Assembly: GCA_049512315.1 (NCBI GenBank)
Contig: JBEKXF010000031.1
Span: forward strand, 1 to 36,148
Length of the DNA: 36,148 nt
Origin: Candidatus Aminicenantales bacterium
GTDB taxonomy: Bacteria > Acidobacteriota > Aminicenantia > Aminicenantales > Saccharicenantaceae
Reading direction: 5' to 3'
Part shown: piece after piece, positions 9,222 through 17,570 of the stretch
Position numbering within the stretch: the stretch's first letter is position 1
Layout: each line of letters starts with the position of its first letter
Position numbers and translations under genes: made by a program
Notes under the pieces: generated by a model
The model's database searches: none
Seen by the model: the letters and a program-made list of their open reading frames with translations, nothing else
What the model was told of the DNA's origin: nothing

Positions 9222-10706
9222 TTAATCGCGTTCCGAGAAATAGTCGATCATCCGGGAAATGGCCTGCTGGCAGACGCGGCAGAACTCGCCCTTCGGGCTC
9301 GAGATCATGACGCAGGACATCATGGGGCGGTAGAGCCCCTTGGAGGCGTACCCGGCGCCTTCGAAGACCCCGACCTTGTCCTCGAGCGAGGCGTATTGCT
9401 TGCGGACCTCATCGAGCTTCCCGGCGATGCCCTTGTCGGCGTCCTGATATTTGGCCTCGATCTTCTTGAGCCCGGCCTCGTTCGTGCCCTTTTTCTTCGC
9501 CTCCTCGACCGCCCGCGCCTGCTCCTCCCCGTTCTTCCGGCGCTCGGCCATGAGGGCCTCGATCTTCTCCTTCCCGTACTCCGTGGGGACGGCGATGCCG
9601 GGCGAGAGGAGGTCCTTCCACTTGACGTTGGCCGGGTCGAGCAGGGCCGTGATGTTCGGCTCGAGGGGTTCGACGCCCTTGGGATAGAAATCGTTGTAGG
9701 AAACCTCGGAGGTGTAATACTCGTCGGCCAGCCCGCCGAAGGAATGTCCGAGCTCGTGGACGAAGACCTGGGGGCTCACCGGATTGTCGACCGTGCTCAC
9801 GCAGTAGTCGAAGGCGATGCTGCCGCCGCCGTAGCGCTTGCTGTTGACGAGGACGACGATGACGTCGCAGGGCACCTGGGCCGCGATCTCGTGCATCCGG
9901 TGGTCTTCCTCGATGAGCATGTAGCGGTCGAGGTCGAAGGCGTTGAACGAGGCGTTGAGCGTCGTTTTCCTGTAGGCGCGCTGGCGCGGCTCGTCCATCG
10001 CCCGCTCCGGAGAGGGACGGAAGATGCCGGTGATGTTGAAAAGGCCTCGGGAGCTCTTGTAAGGCTCGACCGTGAAAAGATAGGCGGAGAAGCGGTCGAC
10101 GTCGGCCTTGAACTTGTCCTTGTCCTCGGCCGTGTAGCCTTCGGCGATGAAGGCCAGGTCGACTTTCTCGTGGGGGTCGCCGCTCTTCTGCGCCTCATAG
10201 ATGAAATCCCCGGCGGCCGTCCTCTCGCGGATGATGTGATAGTCCGACGGATCGACGGCCTGGCTGAAGAGGGGGTGGAGGAGGTGGACCTTATCCCGGG
10301 CCTCGATCACGAAGAGGGCCGGGCGCTTGGGATATGGGACGCGGATGGACCGCTGGAAGACACGCTTGACGCCGTTCAGGGCGGGGGTCGTCGTCTTGTA
10401 TTCGGCGAGGGTCGAGTCGAAGCCCCGGCTGTAGATCATCCGGTTCGAGGCGATGTCGTAGAGCTTGACGACATAGTGCCCGTAGGTGAAGGGGTCGATG
10501 AGATGGGTCCGGGTCTCCGGCCAGATCCCTTCCTGGTAGATCTGGTCGATGGTCACGATCTCGTCCTTGGCGTCGCCGACTTGGTAGAGGTCGATCCGGA
10601 GGGCTTTGTCCAGGAAATAATCGTCGAAAACGACCTGGGTCTGGGCCTGCGCGGCGAGGGCCGCGGCGGCCAGGACGAAAACGGTTATCAGCAGGCGTTT
10701 GGCCAT
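9222..10706 (-). CDS. Peptidase M64 (IgA peptidase-like) family metalloprotease, exported
   Basis: Signal peptide; KVDLAFIAEGYT; zinc motif HELGHSFGGLADEY; C-terminal GAGY...YRP...C..M...FCRVC. Confidence 0.88.
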   Translation of the reverse strand: MAKRLLITVFVLAAAALAAQAQTQVVFDDYFLDKALRIDLYQVGDAKDEIVTIDQIYQEGIWPETRTHLIDPFTYGHYVVKLYDIASNRMIYSRGFDSTLAEYKTTTPALNGVKRVFQRSIRVPYPKRPALFVIEARDKVHLLHPLFSQAVDPSDYHIIRERTAAGDFIYEAQKSGDPHEKVDLAFIAEGYTAEDKDKFKADVDRFSAYLFTVEPYKSSRGLFNITGIFRPSPERAMDEPRQRAYRKTTLNASFNAFDLDRYMLIEEDHRMHEIAAQVPCDVIVVLVNSKRYGGGSIAFDYCVSTVDNPVSPQVFVHELGHSFGGLADEYYTSEVSYNDFYPKGVEPLEPNITALLDPANVKWKDLLSPGIAVPTEYGKEKIEALMAERRKNGEEQARAVEEAKKKGTNEAGLKKIEAKYQDADKGIAGKLDEVRKQYASLEDKVGVFEGAGYASKGLYRPMMSCVMISSPKGEFCRVCQQAISRMIDYFSERD

Positions 10707-10744
10707 GGTCACCTCCGTCGTTCAGGCGGGATTATATAACAACT

Positions 10745-10873
10745 TATTTCGGTGACATACAACTAATTACCGAAATAGGCTACTCCCCCCGCAGCCTGAT
10801 GTCACAAGATTTGCATCCCTGGATTCATTCGGTTAATTTCGGTAATTAGTTGTATGTCACCGTAATTGTAATT
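10745..10873. repeat. REP/REPIN-like inverted-repeat element (family A)
   Basis: Perfect 27-bp inverted repeat (10750-10776/10836-10862). Each arm is itself a 9-bp hairpin. GTAATT is tandemly duplicated at the right end. Confidence 0.8.
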
Positions 10874-10881
10874 GCGGTGGT

Positions 10882-11577
10882 TCAGTCGCGGAGGGCGAGG
10901 TCGACGGCGGCCCGGGCGTGGAGATCCGTCGTATCGAATAGCGGCAGCCTGTTGTCCTTCTGCTTGACGAGAAGCGGGATCTCGGTGCAGCCGAGGACGA
11001 TGCCCTGCGCGCCGCGGCCTTCCAGGCGGGCGATGATCTTCTTGAACGCCTCCCGCGAGGTGTCCTTCACCTGGCCCAGGCAGAGCTCGTTATAGACGAT
11101 GGCATGGATGGCCTGTCGCTCCTCCTCGTCCGGGATGAGGACGTCGATGCCGTAATCCGAAGTGAGTTTTCCCTTATAGAAATCCTGCTCCATGGTGAAC
11201 CGCGTCCCGAGCAGGCCGACCCGCCGCAGGCCACGGGCGGTGATGGCCCGCCCCGTGACATCGGCGATATGGATGAGCGGGATGTGAATGCCCTTTTGGA
11301 TCTCGTCGAAGACCTTATGCATGGTGTTGGTGCAGAAGAGGCCGAAGTCCGCTCCGGCTGCTTCGACCCGGAGGGCCGCCTCCGTCAGCAGGACCGCCGC
11401 TTGATCCCATTCTCCCCGGTGCTGGAGCGTCTCGACCTCCGCGAAATCGACCGAATAGAGGACCATCTTGGCCGAATGGAAGCCGCCGAGCTTCTCTTTG
11501 ACCGTCTCGTTGATGATCCGGTAATATTCCAGCGTCGATTCCCAGCTCATCCCGCCGACGAGTCCGATAGTTTTCAT
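10882..11577 (-). CDS. Aspartate/glutamate racemase family protein (YgeA/RacX-like)
   Basis: MKTIGLVGGMSWESTLEYY, CTNTMH, VGLLGTRFTME and LGCTEIPLL motifs. Confidence 0.92.
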   Translation of the reverse strand: MKTIGLVGGMSWESTLEYYRIINETVKEKLGGFHSAKMVLYSVDFAEVETLQHRGEWDQAAVLLTEAALRVEAAGADFGLFCTNTMHKVFDEIQKGIHIPLIHIADVTGRAITARGLRRVGLLGTRFTMEQDFYKGKLTSDYGIDVLIPDEEERQAIHAIVYNELCLGQVKDTSREAFKKIIARLEGRGAQGIVLGCTEIPLLVKQKDNRLPLFDTTDLHARAAVDLALRD

Positions 11578-11607
11578 ATTCACTTCAGCCAAATTATCTT
11601 CCGGCCG

Positions 11608-12717
11608 TCAGCGGTACTTGTCGACGACGGCCTGCATCTCGTCCATCCGGCGCTCCATCTCGGCGACCATCTTGAACTGGGTCCGGCAGCGGTCCAGGTT
11701 GTGGCCGTCGCGGTGGATCTTGAAATAGACATCGCCATCGAGATGGTCGGTCAGGAACCGGATGCCGCACTCGAGGGTCAGGAGCTTCGCGGAGAAGGCG
11801 AGGAGCCGGACCTCCTCGTCCGTCAGGAACTCGCGCGCCGCGTCCAGGTAGCCTTCGGCCAGCCGGTCGAAGAGCCCGAGGTCGAACCCGACCTGCGAAA
11901 GGTCGCGCTCGTCCTCGGCGGCCGTCGCGGCCCCGAGCCGGACCGAGTCGCCGAAGTCGTAGAGGACGGACCCGGGCATCACGGTGTCGAGGTCGATGAC
12001 GCAGATCCCCTCGCCCGTCCGGTCGTCGATCATGACGTTATTGAGCTTGGTGTCGTTATGGGTGACGCGCTCGGGGATCCGGCCGGCGGCCAGCCCGTCC
12101 ACGATGACGCCGGCGTCCTTCTCCCGCTCGAGAACGAAGGCGATCTCGGGCTTGACGTCGGCGGCCCGCCGGGCGGCGTCTTTCCCGACCGCCGCGAGGA
12201 ACGCCTCGTAGCGCTTCCGGGTATGGTGGAAGTTGGGGATGGTCTCGTGGAGCCGCCCGCCCGGAAGCCGGCTCAGCATCTTCTGGAAGGCCCCGAAGGC
12301 GCGCGAGGCCGAATAGACGTGCCGGAGGTCCTCGACCTTGTCATAGGTCCGGGCGCCGTCGATATAGCGGAACATCCTCCAATAGGCGTCCTCCGGGGTC
12401 ACGTGGAAGGACTTGCCGTCTCGGGCCGGGACGATGTTGAGGGTTTCCCTCAGCGGGTCCCCGTTCGCCGCGACGATCTGCTCGCGGGCGAACCGGGTCA
12501 CCCGCTCGATGTTCTCCATGAGCTTCTCCGGCTCCCGGAAGACCAGATGGTTGATCCGCTGGTTGACGTACTTGATCAGCCGCCCGTCGGCCTCGAACTT
12601 GGAGCAGTAGGTGTCGTTGATATGCCCGGACGGGATGGGGCAGGACGAGACCCAGCGGCCCTCGACAGTGAAGGCTTCGCAAATAGCCTTGAGATCCGGC
12701 ATCGGTTTCTTTTCCAT
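11608..12717 (-). CDS. APH-family phosphotransferase, N-acetylhexosamine 1-kinase-like
   Basis: GHINDTY, QRINHLVF, THNDTKLNN, VIDLDTVMPG and RFLTDHLDGDVYFK motifs. Confidence 0.82.
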   Translation of the reverse strand: MEKKPMPDLKAICEAFTVEGRWVSSCPIPSGHINDTYCSKFEADGRLIKYVNQRINHLVFREPEKLMENIERVTRFAREQIVAANGDPLRETLNIVPARDGKSFHVTPEDAYWRMFRYIDGARTYDKVEDLRHVYSASRAFGAFQKMLSRLPGGRLHETIPNFHHTRKRYEAFLAAVGKDAARRAADVKPEIAFVLEREKDAGVIVDGLAAGRIPERVTHNDTKLNNVMIDDRTGEGICVIDLDTVMPGSVLYDFGDSVRLGAATAAEDERDLSQVGFDLGLFDRLAEGYLDAAREFLTDEEVRLLAFSAKLLTLECGIRFLTDHLDGDVYFKIHRDGHNLDRCRTQFKMVAEMERRMDEMQAVVDKYR

Positions 12718-12829
12718 GAGCAACCTCGGCGTTTCTCCCCGCTTTTCGCCGGGAGGGGGCCGTTCCTTAGGCGCCCATTCTAGACGAAGCGGCGATGGAC
12801 TGTCAATTCTCCGACGCCCCCCCTCATCT

Positions 12830-12845
12830 AATTCGGTGACATCTA
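12830..12845 (+). repeat. Partial copy of the family A core abutting the family B element
   Basis: AATTCGGTGACAT matches the TTCGGTGACAT core at 10748-10758. Confidence 0.45.
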
Positions 12846-12849
12846 AATC

Positions 12850-13109
12850 ATTGGGGGTCGGGCCTCAGTAACATACAGATAATAAAGATAATAGATCAAT
12901 CCTAAGCCCATTTTTTAGCCTTAGGTCGCCGTTTTCAGGCCCGAAAAGACGGACTTAAGGCAGATTCCTCACCACTGACCAGCAGCCAAGAAGGCATTCC
13001 CTTAAGTCCCCGTTTTCGAGCGTGAAAAACGAGAGTTAAGGCCAAAAGAGGGGTATAAAAAAGGACTATATATAATATAATTAATTAGTTACTGTGGTCC
13101 GACCCCAAT
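12850..13109. repeat. 260-bp MITE/REPIN-like element (family B, two inverted ~110-bp units)
   Basis: Terminal inverted motifs ATTGGGGGTCGGGCCTCAGTAAC and GTTACTGTGGTCCGACCCCAAT; internal hairpins at 12918-12961 and 13000-13041; AT-rich tracts; no coding capacity. Confidence 0.85.
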
Positions 13110-14666
13110 AAAGTTCGTGTAGCTGACGAAGGCGATCTTTTTTCCGTCGGGCGACCACGACGGCACGTTGATCGTTCCCTGCCCGCCGTAGACGTAGGCG
13201 AGCACCCGGACTTCGCCGCCCTCGACCGGCATCATCCGGATGTAGACCTGCTTGTAGAACGGGTGGTCCGAAGGGTCGACGTCCTTCTCGAACGACAGGA
13301 ACACGACCCACCGCCCGTCGGGCGAGACGTGGGGGAACCAGTCCTGGAAGCTGTCGAACGTGACCCGTCGCTGCCCTTTTCCGTCCGCCCTCATCTGCCA
13401 GATCTGCATCCCGCCCGTCCGGTTGGAGTTGAAGAAGATGTACCGCCCGTTCGGCGTGAACTCCGGGCCGTCGTCGAGCGCCTTGGACTTGGTCAGCCGG
13501 GTCTCCTTGACGCCCCGCACGGGGATCTTATAGACGTCGAAATTACCGTTGCGCTCGCCGGTGTAAAGAAGGGTCCGGCCGTCCGGCGACCAGCCGTGGA
13601 GATAGGAGGGACCTCGCGGCGTCAGCCTCACCGGCTGCCCGCCTTCGGCCGGCAGCGTGTAGATGATGGATGTTTCCGCGGCGCCCGGGAGGTGGTTGCT
13701 GATGCCGAGCCTCTTTCCGTTGAACGACAGGACGTGGTCGTTGTTGATGGCCTTCGCGAACCCCGTGTCCAGCACGGCGGGCAGCTCCGTGTCCAGGTCG
13801 AACCGGTAGAGAAGGCCGTCGCAGTTATAGATGAGCGCCCGGCCGTCCTTGGTCCAGTTGGGGGCCTGGATCGCTTTGGGCGACTCGTAGACGACCGTCC
13901 GGTTCTTGGTCGCGACCTCCAGGATTTCCAGCCGGCTCCCGATGTAATCCCGATAAGGGACGAACCCGGCTTTCGCAGGGATGGTGATGCGGACGTTTGA
14001 GAAGCGCGCCTGCTCGATGACCTCCGCGCTGTGCGAGCAGATGAAGAGGCCACAGTAGACTTCGTCGCCCAGGGCGACACCTTCGACCGGCTCGCTGATT
14101 GTGGCTTCGCCGAAATGGGCCACGGACATGATGAAGGCGCTGCCCCGGCGCTCGAGCTGGATCTGGTTGGGACCCGTGACCCCGATCTGGTCTTCGGAGG
14201 TCTCGGTGCCGCGGGCCTTCCGGTACTGGATCGAGGTCAGGCCGTCGCCGTGGACGACCGCGCTCACGTGGGCCGAGTCGGCGTCGAGGGAGGAACGCGC
14301 CATCCAGCCGATCTTGCGGTGGGCGGCCGAGCCCTGGCCGAGGAACTCGACCCTCGCGCTGAGGATGAAATCGCCCTTCAGGCGCTTCCACAGGAAATGG
14401 CCCTCGTCGCTCGCGAACCACATGTTCAGCCCCGCGCCCGCGATGACGTACTCCTGCTTTTGCGGGTCGTAGGTCACGGAGCCGGGGCGTTCGACCGGCC
14501 CGATGTCGCCGTGGCCGTCGAAGACGCCGAGCGGTTTTTCGTGCCCGGCCTGGACGTGCTGAGACGGCAGGACAGGGGTGAAGAGAAGGAACAGGGCGAT
14601 GGCGGCGGCGGTGATAACGAAACCGGAGGCGGTTTTATGCATCAGAGCTGACGACCCGGTTTTCAT
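13089..14666 (-). CDS. TolB-like PD40 beta-propeller protein with an N-terminal lectin-like beta-sandwich
   Basis: Repeated PD40 motifs (APNWTKDG, HGWSPDG, GPEFTPNG, FPHVSPDG, VPSWSPDG) and a signal-like N-terminus. The exact start is uncertain. Confidence 0.85.
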   Translation of the reverse strand: MKTGSSALMHKTASGFVITAAAIALFLLFTPVLPSQHVQAGHEKPLGVFDGHGDIGPVERPGSVTYDPQKQEYVIAGAGLNMWFASDEGHFLWKRLKGDFILSARVEFLGQGSAAHRKIGWMARSSLDADSAHVSAVVHGDGLTSIQYRKARGTETSEDQIGVTGPNQIQLERRGSAFIMSVAHFGEATISEPVEGVALGDEVYCGLFICSHSAEVIEQARFSNVRITIPAKAGFVPYRDYIGSRLEILEVATKNRTVVYESPKAIQAPNWTKDGRALIYNCDGLLYRFDLDTELPAVLDTGFAKAINNDHVLSFNGKRLGISNHLPGAAETSIIYTLPAEGGQPVRLTPRGPSYLHGWSPDGRTLLYTGERNGNFDVYKIPVRGVKETRLTKSKALDDGPEFTPNGRYIFFNSNRTGGMQIWQMRADGKGQRRVTFDSFQDWFPHVSPDGRWVVFLSFEKDVDPSDHPFYKQVYIRMMPVEGGEVRVLAYVYGGQGTINVPSWSPDGKKIAFVSYTNFIGVGPQ

Positions 14667-14769
14667 CTTGATATGTCCTTGCCTGGGGGATAGGGTTAGG
14701 TCGAATGATAGTCCAACACCGCCTTCGGGTCAAACCCGCGCTTCCCGGGCGTCCCCGCCGCACGGAATT

Positions 14770-14799
14770 TTGACTTCGGATTTCGGTCCGTGTTATAAA
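14770..14799 (+). promoter_or_regulatory. Putative sigma70 promoter with extended -10
   Basis: TTGACT-N18-TATAAA with a TGn extension, 12 nt upstream of ATG 14812. Confidence 0.5.
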
Positions 14800-14811
14800 T
14801 CAAGAAACTCC

Positions 14812-15342
14812 ATGAACGGGTACATCGCCTGGGTCATCGCCCATCCGCTCTGGTCCGCCGCGGTGCAGTTCGGCCTCCTGGGCACCCTCGGCGAGGTCCT
14901 GTCGCTCGTCGTCCGCCGGAAGCCGCTCGCCGCGCTCGGTGGCTGGTGGCGGGGGCTCCTGAAGGTCGCGGCCTGGGGCGTGCTGGGGATCGTCATCAAG
15001 TACGGCTTCACCGGCATGAAAGGCTTCGTCGACGCGCTGATCTCCAAGAGCCTCCTCCCGCAGGTCGCCCACGGGTCCGTCCTCTGGGCCTTCATGGTTT
15101 CCGCCTTCACCAACCTTTTTTTCGGGCCGCAGATGATGTTCTTCCACCGGCTGGAGGACTGCCTGATCGCCGGGAAGTGGGACCTGACCGGTTTGAAGAA
15201 AGCCTGGCTGACGCTCCTCTGGTTCTGGATCCCGGCCCACACCGTCACCTTCTCGCTCCCGGCCGAATACCAGATCGGCCTGGCGGCGCTCTGGTCGGTC
15301 GCGCTCGGGCTCATCCTCGGGTTGACATCGGCCAAGGCCTGA
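14812..15342 (+). CDS. Mpv17/PMP22-like membrane protein
   Basis: About four hydrophobic segments. WFWIPAHTVTFSLP resembles the W-x-P-x-[QH]-x-x-[NT]-F motif of that family. Confidence 0.6.
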   Translation: MNGYIAWVIAHPLWSAAVQFGLLGTLGEVLSLVVRRKPLAALGGWWRGLLKVAAWGVLGIVIKYGFTGMKGFVDALISKSLLPQVAHGSVLWAFMVSAFTNLFFGPQMMFFHRLEDCLIAGKWDLTGLKKAWLTLLWFWIPAHTVTFSLPAEYQIGLAALWSVALGLILGLTSAKA

Positions 15343-15377
15343 CGGAAATCGACGTTGTCGACTGGCTGGCCTGAAAG

Positions 15378-16889
15378 CTATTCCGCCGTCGCCCTGACGC
15401 GGTCCTCCTGCGACATGGCGGCCAGCCGCTTGACCTCCTCGACGCTCAGGCCGAGCCCCTTCGCGACGCGCTCGCCGTACTCCGGGTCGGCCTTGTAGAA
15501 AAGGGCGGTCTGGCGCAGCTGGATGCGCTTCTCCGTCCCTCCGAGGTGGCCGACGATGTTGCCGACGAGGTGCTCGCGGTCCATGTCCATCATGACCTTG
15601 CGATAAAGCGCTCCCGCTTGGACGAAGTCGACGTCGCCAAGAACGTACGCGTGCCGCGCCGCCTGTCCCGTCACGTCGACCGCCGGTAACGCAAAGCTTC
15701 CGTCCGGGTCCGGGCCGCCGAAGCTGTTCGGCCAGTAGTTCGGGCCGCCCCCGCCGTTATTGTCCAGGCGCATCAAGCCGTCCCGCTGATAGTTGTGCGC
15801 CGGAGCCGCCTTCGGGGCGTTGACCGGCAGCAGATTGTAGTTGGGGCCGAGCCGATGGACGTGCGTGTCGTGATAGCTGAACAGGCGCCCCTGGAGCATC
15901 TTGTCCGGCGACGGGCCGATGCCCGGGACGAAATTCCCGGGCGAGAAGGCCGCCTGCTCGACCTCGGCGAAATAGTTCTCAGGGTTGCGGTCGAGGACCA
16001 TGCGGCCGATCTCGACCGGCGGGAAGTCCGCGTGCGGCCAGACTTTGGTGATGTCGAAGGGGTCGAACCGGTAGCTTTTCGCCTGCTCCGGCGTCATGAT
16101 CTGCACTTCGACCCGCCAGGCCGGATATTCGCCGCGGGCGATCGCCGCATGAAGGTCCCGGGTGGCGACGTCGGGGTCGGCGCCGCGCATCCGCTCCGCT
16201 TCCTCGCGCGTGAAATTCTGGATCCCCTGTGCGGTTTTGAAATGATACTTGACCCAGCAGTATTCGCCCTTCGCGTTGTACCACATGTAGGTGTGGCTGC
16301 TGTAGCCGTTCATTTTACGGAAGCTCGCCGGCGTGCCGCGGTCCGAGAAGAGGATCGTGACCTGGTGGATGGATTCGGGGGTCAGGGAGAGGAAGTCCCA
16401 GAACATGTCCGGGTCCTTGAGGTTGGTGCCCGGGTTGCGCTTCTGGGTGTGGATGAAATCCGGGAACTTCAAGGGGTCGCGGATGAAGAAGACCGGGGTG
16501 TTGTTGCCCACCATGTCGTAGTTGCCTTCTTCGGTGTAGAACTTCACGGCGAACCCGCGCGGGTCGCGCTCGGAGTCCGCCGATCCCCTCTCGCCGCCGA
16601 CGGTCGAGAACCGAACGAAGACCTCGGTCTTGTTTCCGACTTTGGAAAGGAACTTCGCGCGTGTGTGCTTGGAAACGTCGCGGGTCAACTCGAAATAGCC
16701 GTGCGCGCCGGCCCCTTTGGCGTGGACCACGCGCTCCGGGATCCGCTCACGGTCGAAGTGGGCGAGCTTGTCGAGGAGGTGCACGTCCTGGACGAGGACC
16801 GGCCCTTTCGTCCCGGCCGTCATCGAGTTGAGGTCATTATCGACCGGCATCCCGAAACCGGTGGTCAGAGTTTTTTTCTTGTCGGCCAT
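15378..16889 (-). CDS. katA: Monofunctional heme catalase (small subunit)
   Basis: Active-site signature [17 protein letters not shown] and heme-ligand signature [17 protein letters not shown] before ATG 16889. Confidence 0.97.
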   Translation of the reverse strand: MADKKKTLTTGFGMPVDNDLNSMTAGTKGPVLVQDVHLLDKLAHFDRERIPERVVHAKGAGAHGYFELTRDVSKHTRAKFLSKVGNKTEVFVRFSTVGGERGSADSERDPRGFAVKFYTEEGNYDMVGNNTPVFFIRDPLKFPDFIHTQKRNPGTNLKDPDMFWDFLSLTPESIHQVTILFSDRGTPASFRKMNGYSSHTYMWYNAKGEYCWVKYHFKTAQGIQNFTREEAERMRGADPDVATRDLHAAIARGEYPAWRVEVQIMTPEQAKSYRFDPFDITKVWPHADFPPVEIGRMVLDRNPENYFAEVEQAAFSPGNFVPGIGPSPDKMLQGRLFSYHDTHVHRLGPNYNLLPVNAPKAAPAHNYQRDGLMRLDNNGGGGPNYWPNSFGGPDPDGSFALPAVDVTGQAARHAYVLGDVDFVQAGALYRKVMMDMDREHLVGNIVGHLGGTEKRIQLRQTALFYKADPEYGERVAKGLGLSVEEVKRLAAMSQEDRVRATAE

Positions 16890-16890
16890 G

Positions 16891-17418
16891 TCAATTTCTC
16901 CTTCTTTCATTGGCTTTGATGCGCTGGGATCGCGTCCCATTCGTGACTTTGTCGTTTTGGTGTTTCGAGCAGTCCGGGCAGACTCCGCGGAGCTCGACGT
17001 AGGCGGATTCGACCCTCCCCAGCCCCTGCGCGGACTCCGGGATTTTCACGGCGTCGAGGTCCCGGTCATAGAAATCGCGGATCAGGCCGCATTGGATGCA
17101 GATGAAGTGGTGGTGGGTCTCGGTGTTCGCGTCGAACCGGACCCGGTCGGGGAGGGGCCTCAGGGTCGAGACGAGCCCGAGGTCCCGGAAGAGATCGAGC
17201 GTCCGGTAGACGGTGTCCAGGGAAATGGTCGGCATCTTCCGGCGGACGTTCCGGTAGATCGTTTCGACCGTCGGGTGGTCCGCTGTCCGGGCCGCCTCGC
17301 CGTAGATCACGATGCGCTGGTGGGTCAGCTTCAGGTTGGCGCGCTTGATGACATCCCTGAAGCGGCTCATCAATGTCTTGAGCTCGGCGGGGACGCGTTC
17401 GATCTCGTTCTTTTTCAT
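16891..17418 (-). CDS. perR: Fur-family peroxide-responsive repressor
   Basis: [35 protein letters not shown] and GVCPDC motifs; directly upstream of the catalase gene. Confidence 0.8.
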   Translation of the reverse strand: MKKNEIERVPAELKTLMSRFRDVIKRANLKLTHQRIVIYGEAARTADHPTVETIYRNVRRKMPTISLDTVYRTLDLFRDLGLVSTLRPLPDRVRFDANTETHHHFICIQCGLIRDFYDRDLDAVKIPESAQGLGRVESAYVELRGVCPDCSKHQNDKVTNGTRSQRIKANERRRN

Positions 17419-17420
17419 AA

Positions 17421-17469
17421 TAATAATGATTACTAAATAATATTATACCTACAATTAGGCCGATGTCAA
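17421..17469 (-). promoter_or_regulatory. Consensus sigma70 promoter plus Per/Fur-like box
   Basis: TTGACA-N16-TATAAT (17469-17442) and a 7-1-7 inverted repeat TAGTAAT-C-ATTATTA (17435-17421) just upstream of the perR ATG. Confidence 0.75.
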
Positions 17470-17570
17470 GACAGTTTCCCGCGAGCTTTTCGGCCATCGC
17501 GGCGATCTCGGAGTTGACTCGAACTAGGGATTCAGATTATCTTTAGGAAAAGAGGGAAGGGGAATAAGCT

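Noticed and set aside
11608..12717. Aminoglycoside-resistance call for the APH-fold gene
   Set aside because: The motifs fit the sugar-kinase-like (NahK-type) branch, and nothing in the sequence supports resistance.
9147..12783. Long antisense ORFs (9147-10739, 11104-12783 and many similar ones across the window)
   Set aside because: They lie opposite well-supported genes, have no recognisable motifs and are typical of high-GC sequence.
10745..13109. CRISPR array interpretation of the repeats
   Set aside because: The repeats are inverted and dispersed, not regularly spaced direct repeats with spacers, and no cas genes are present.
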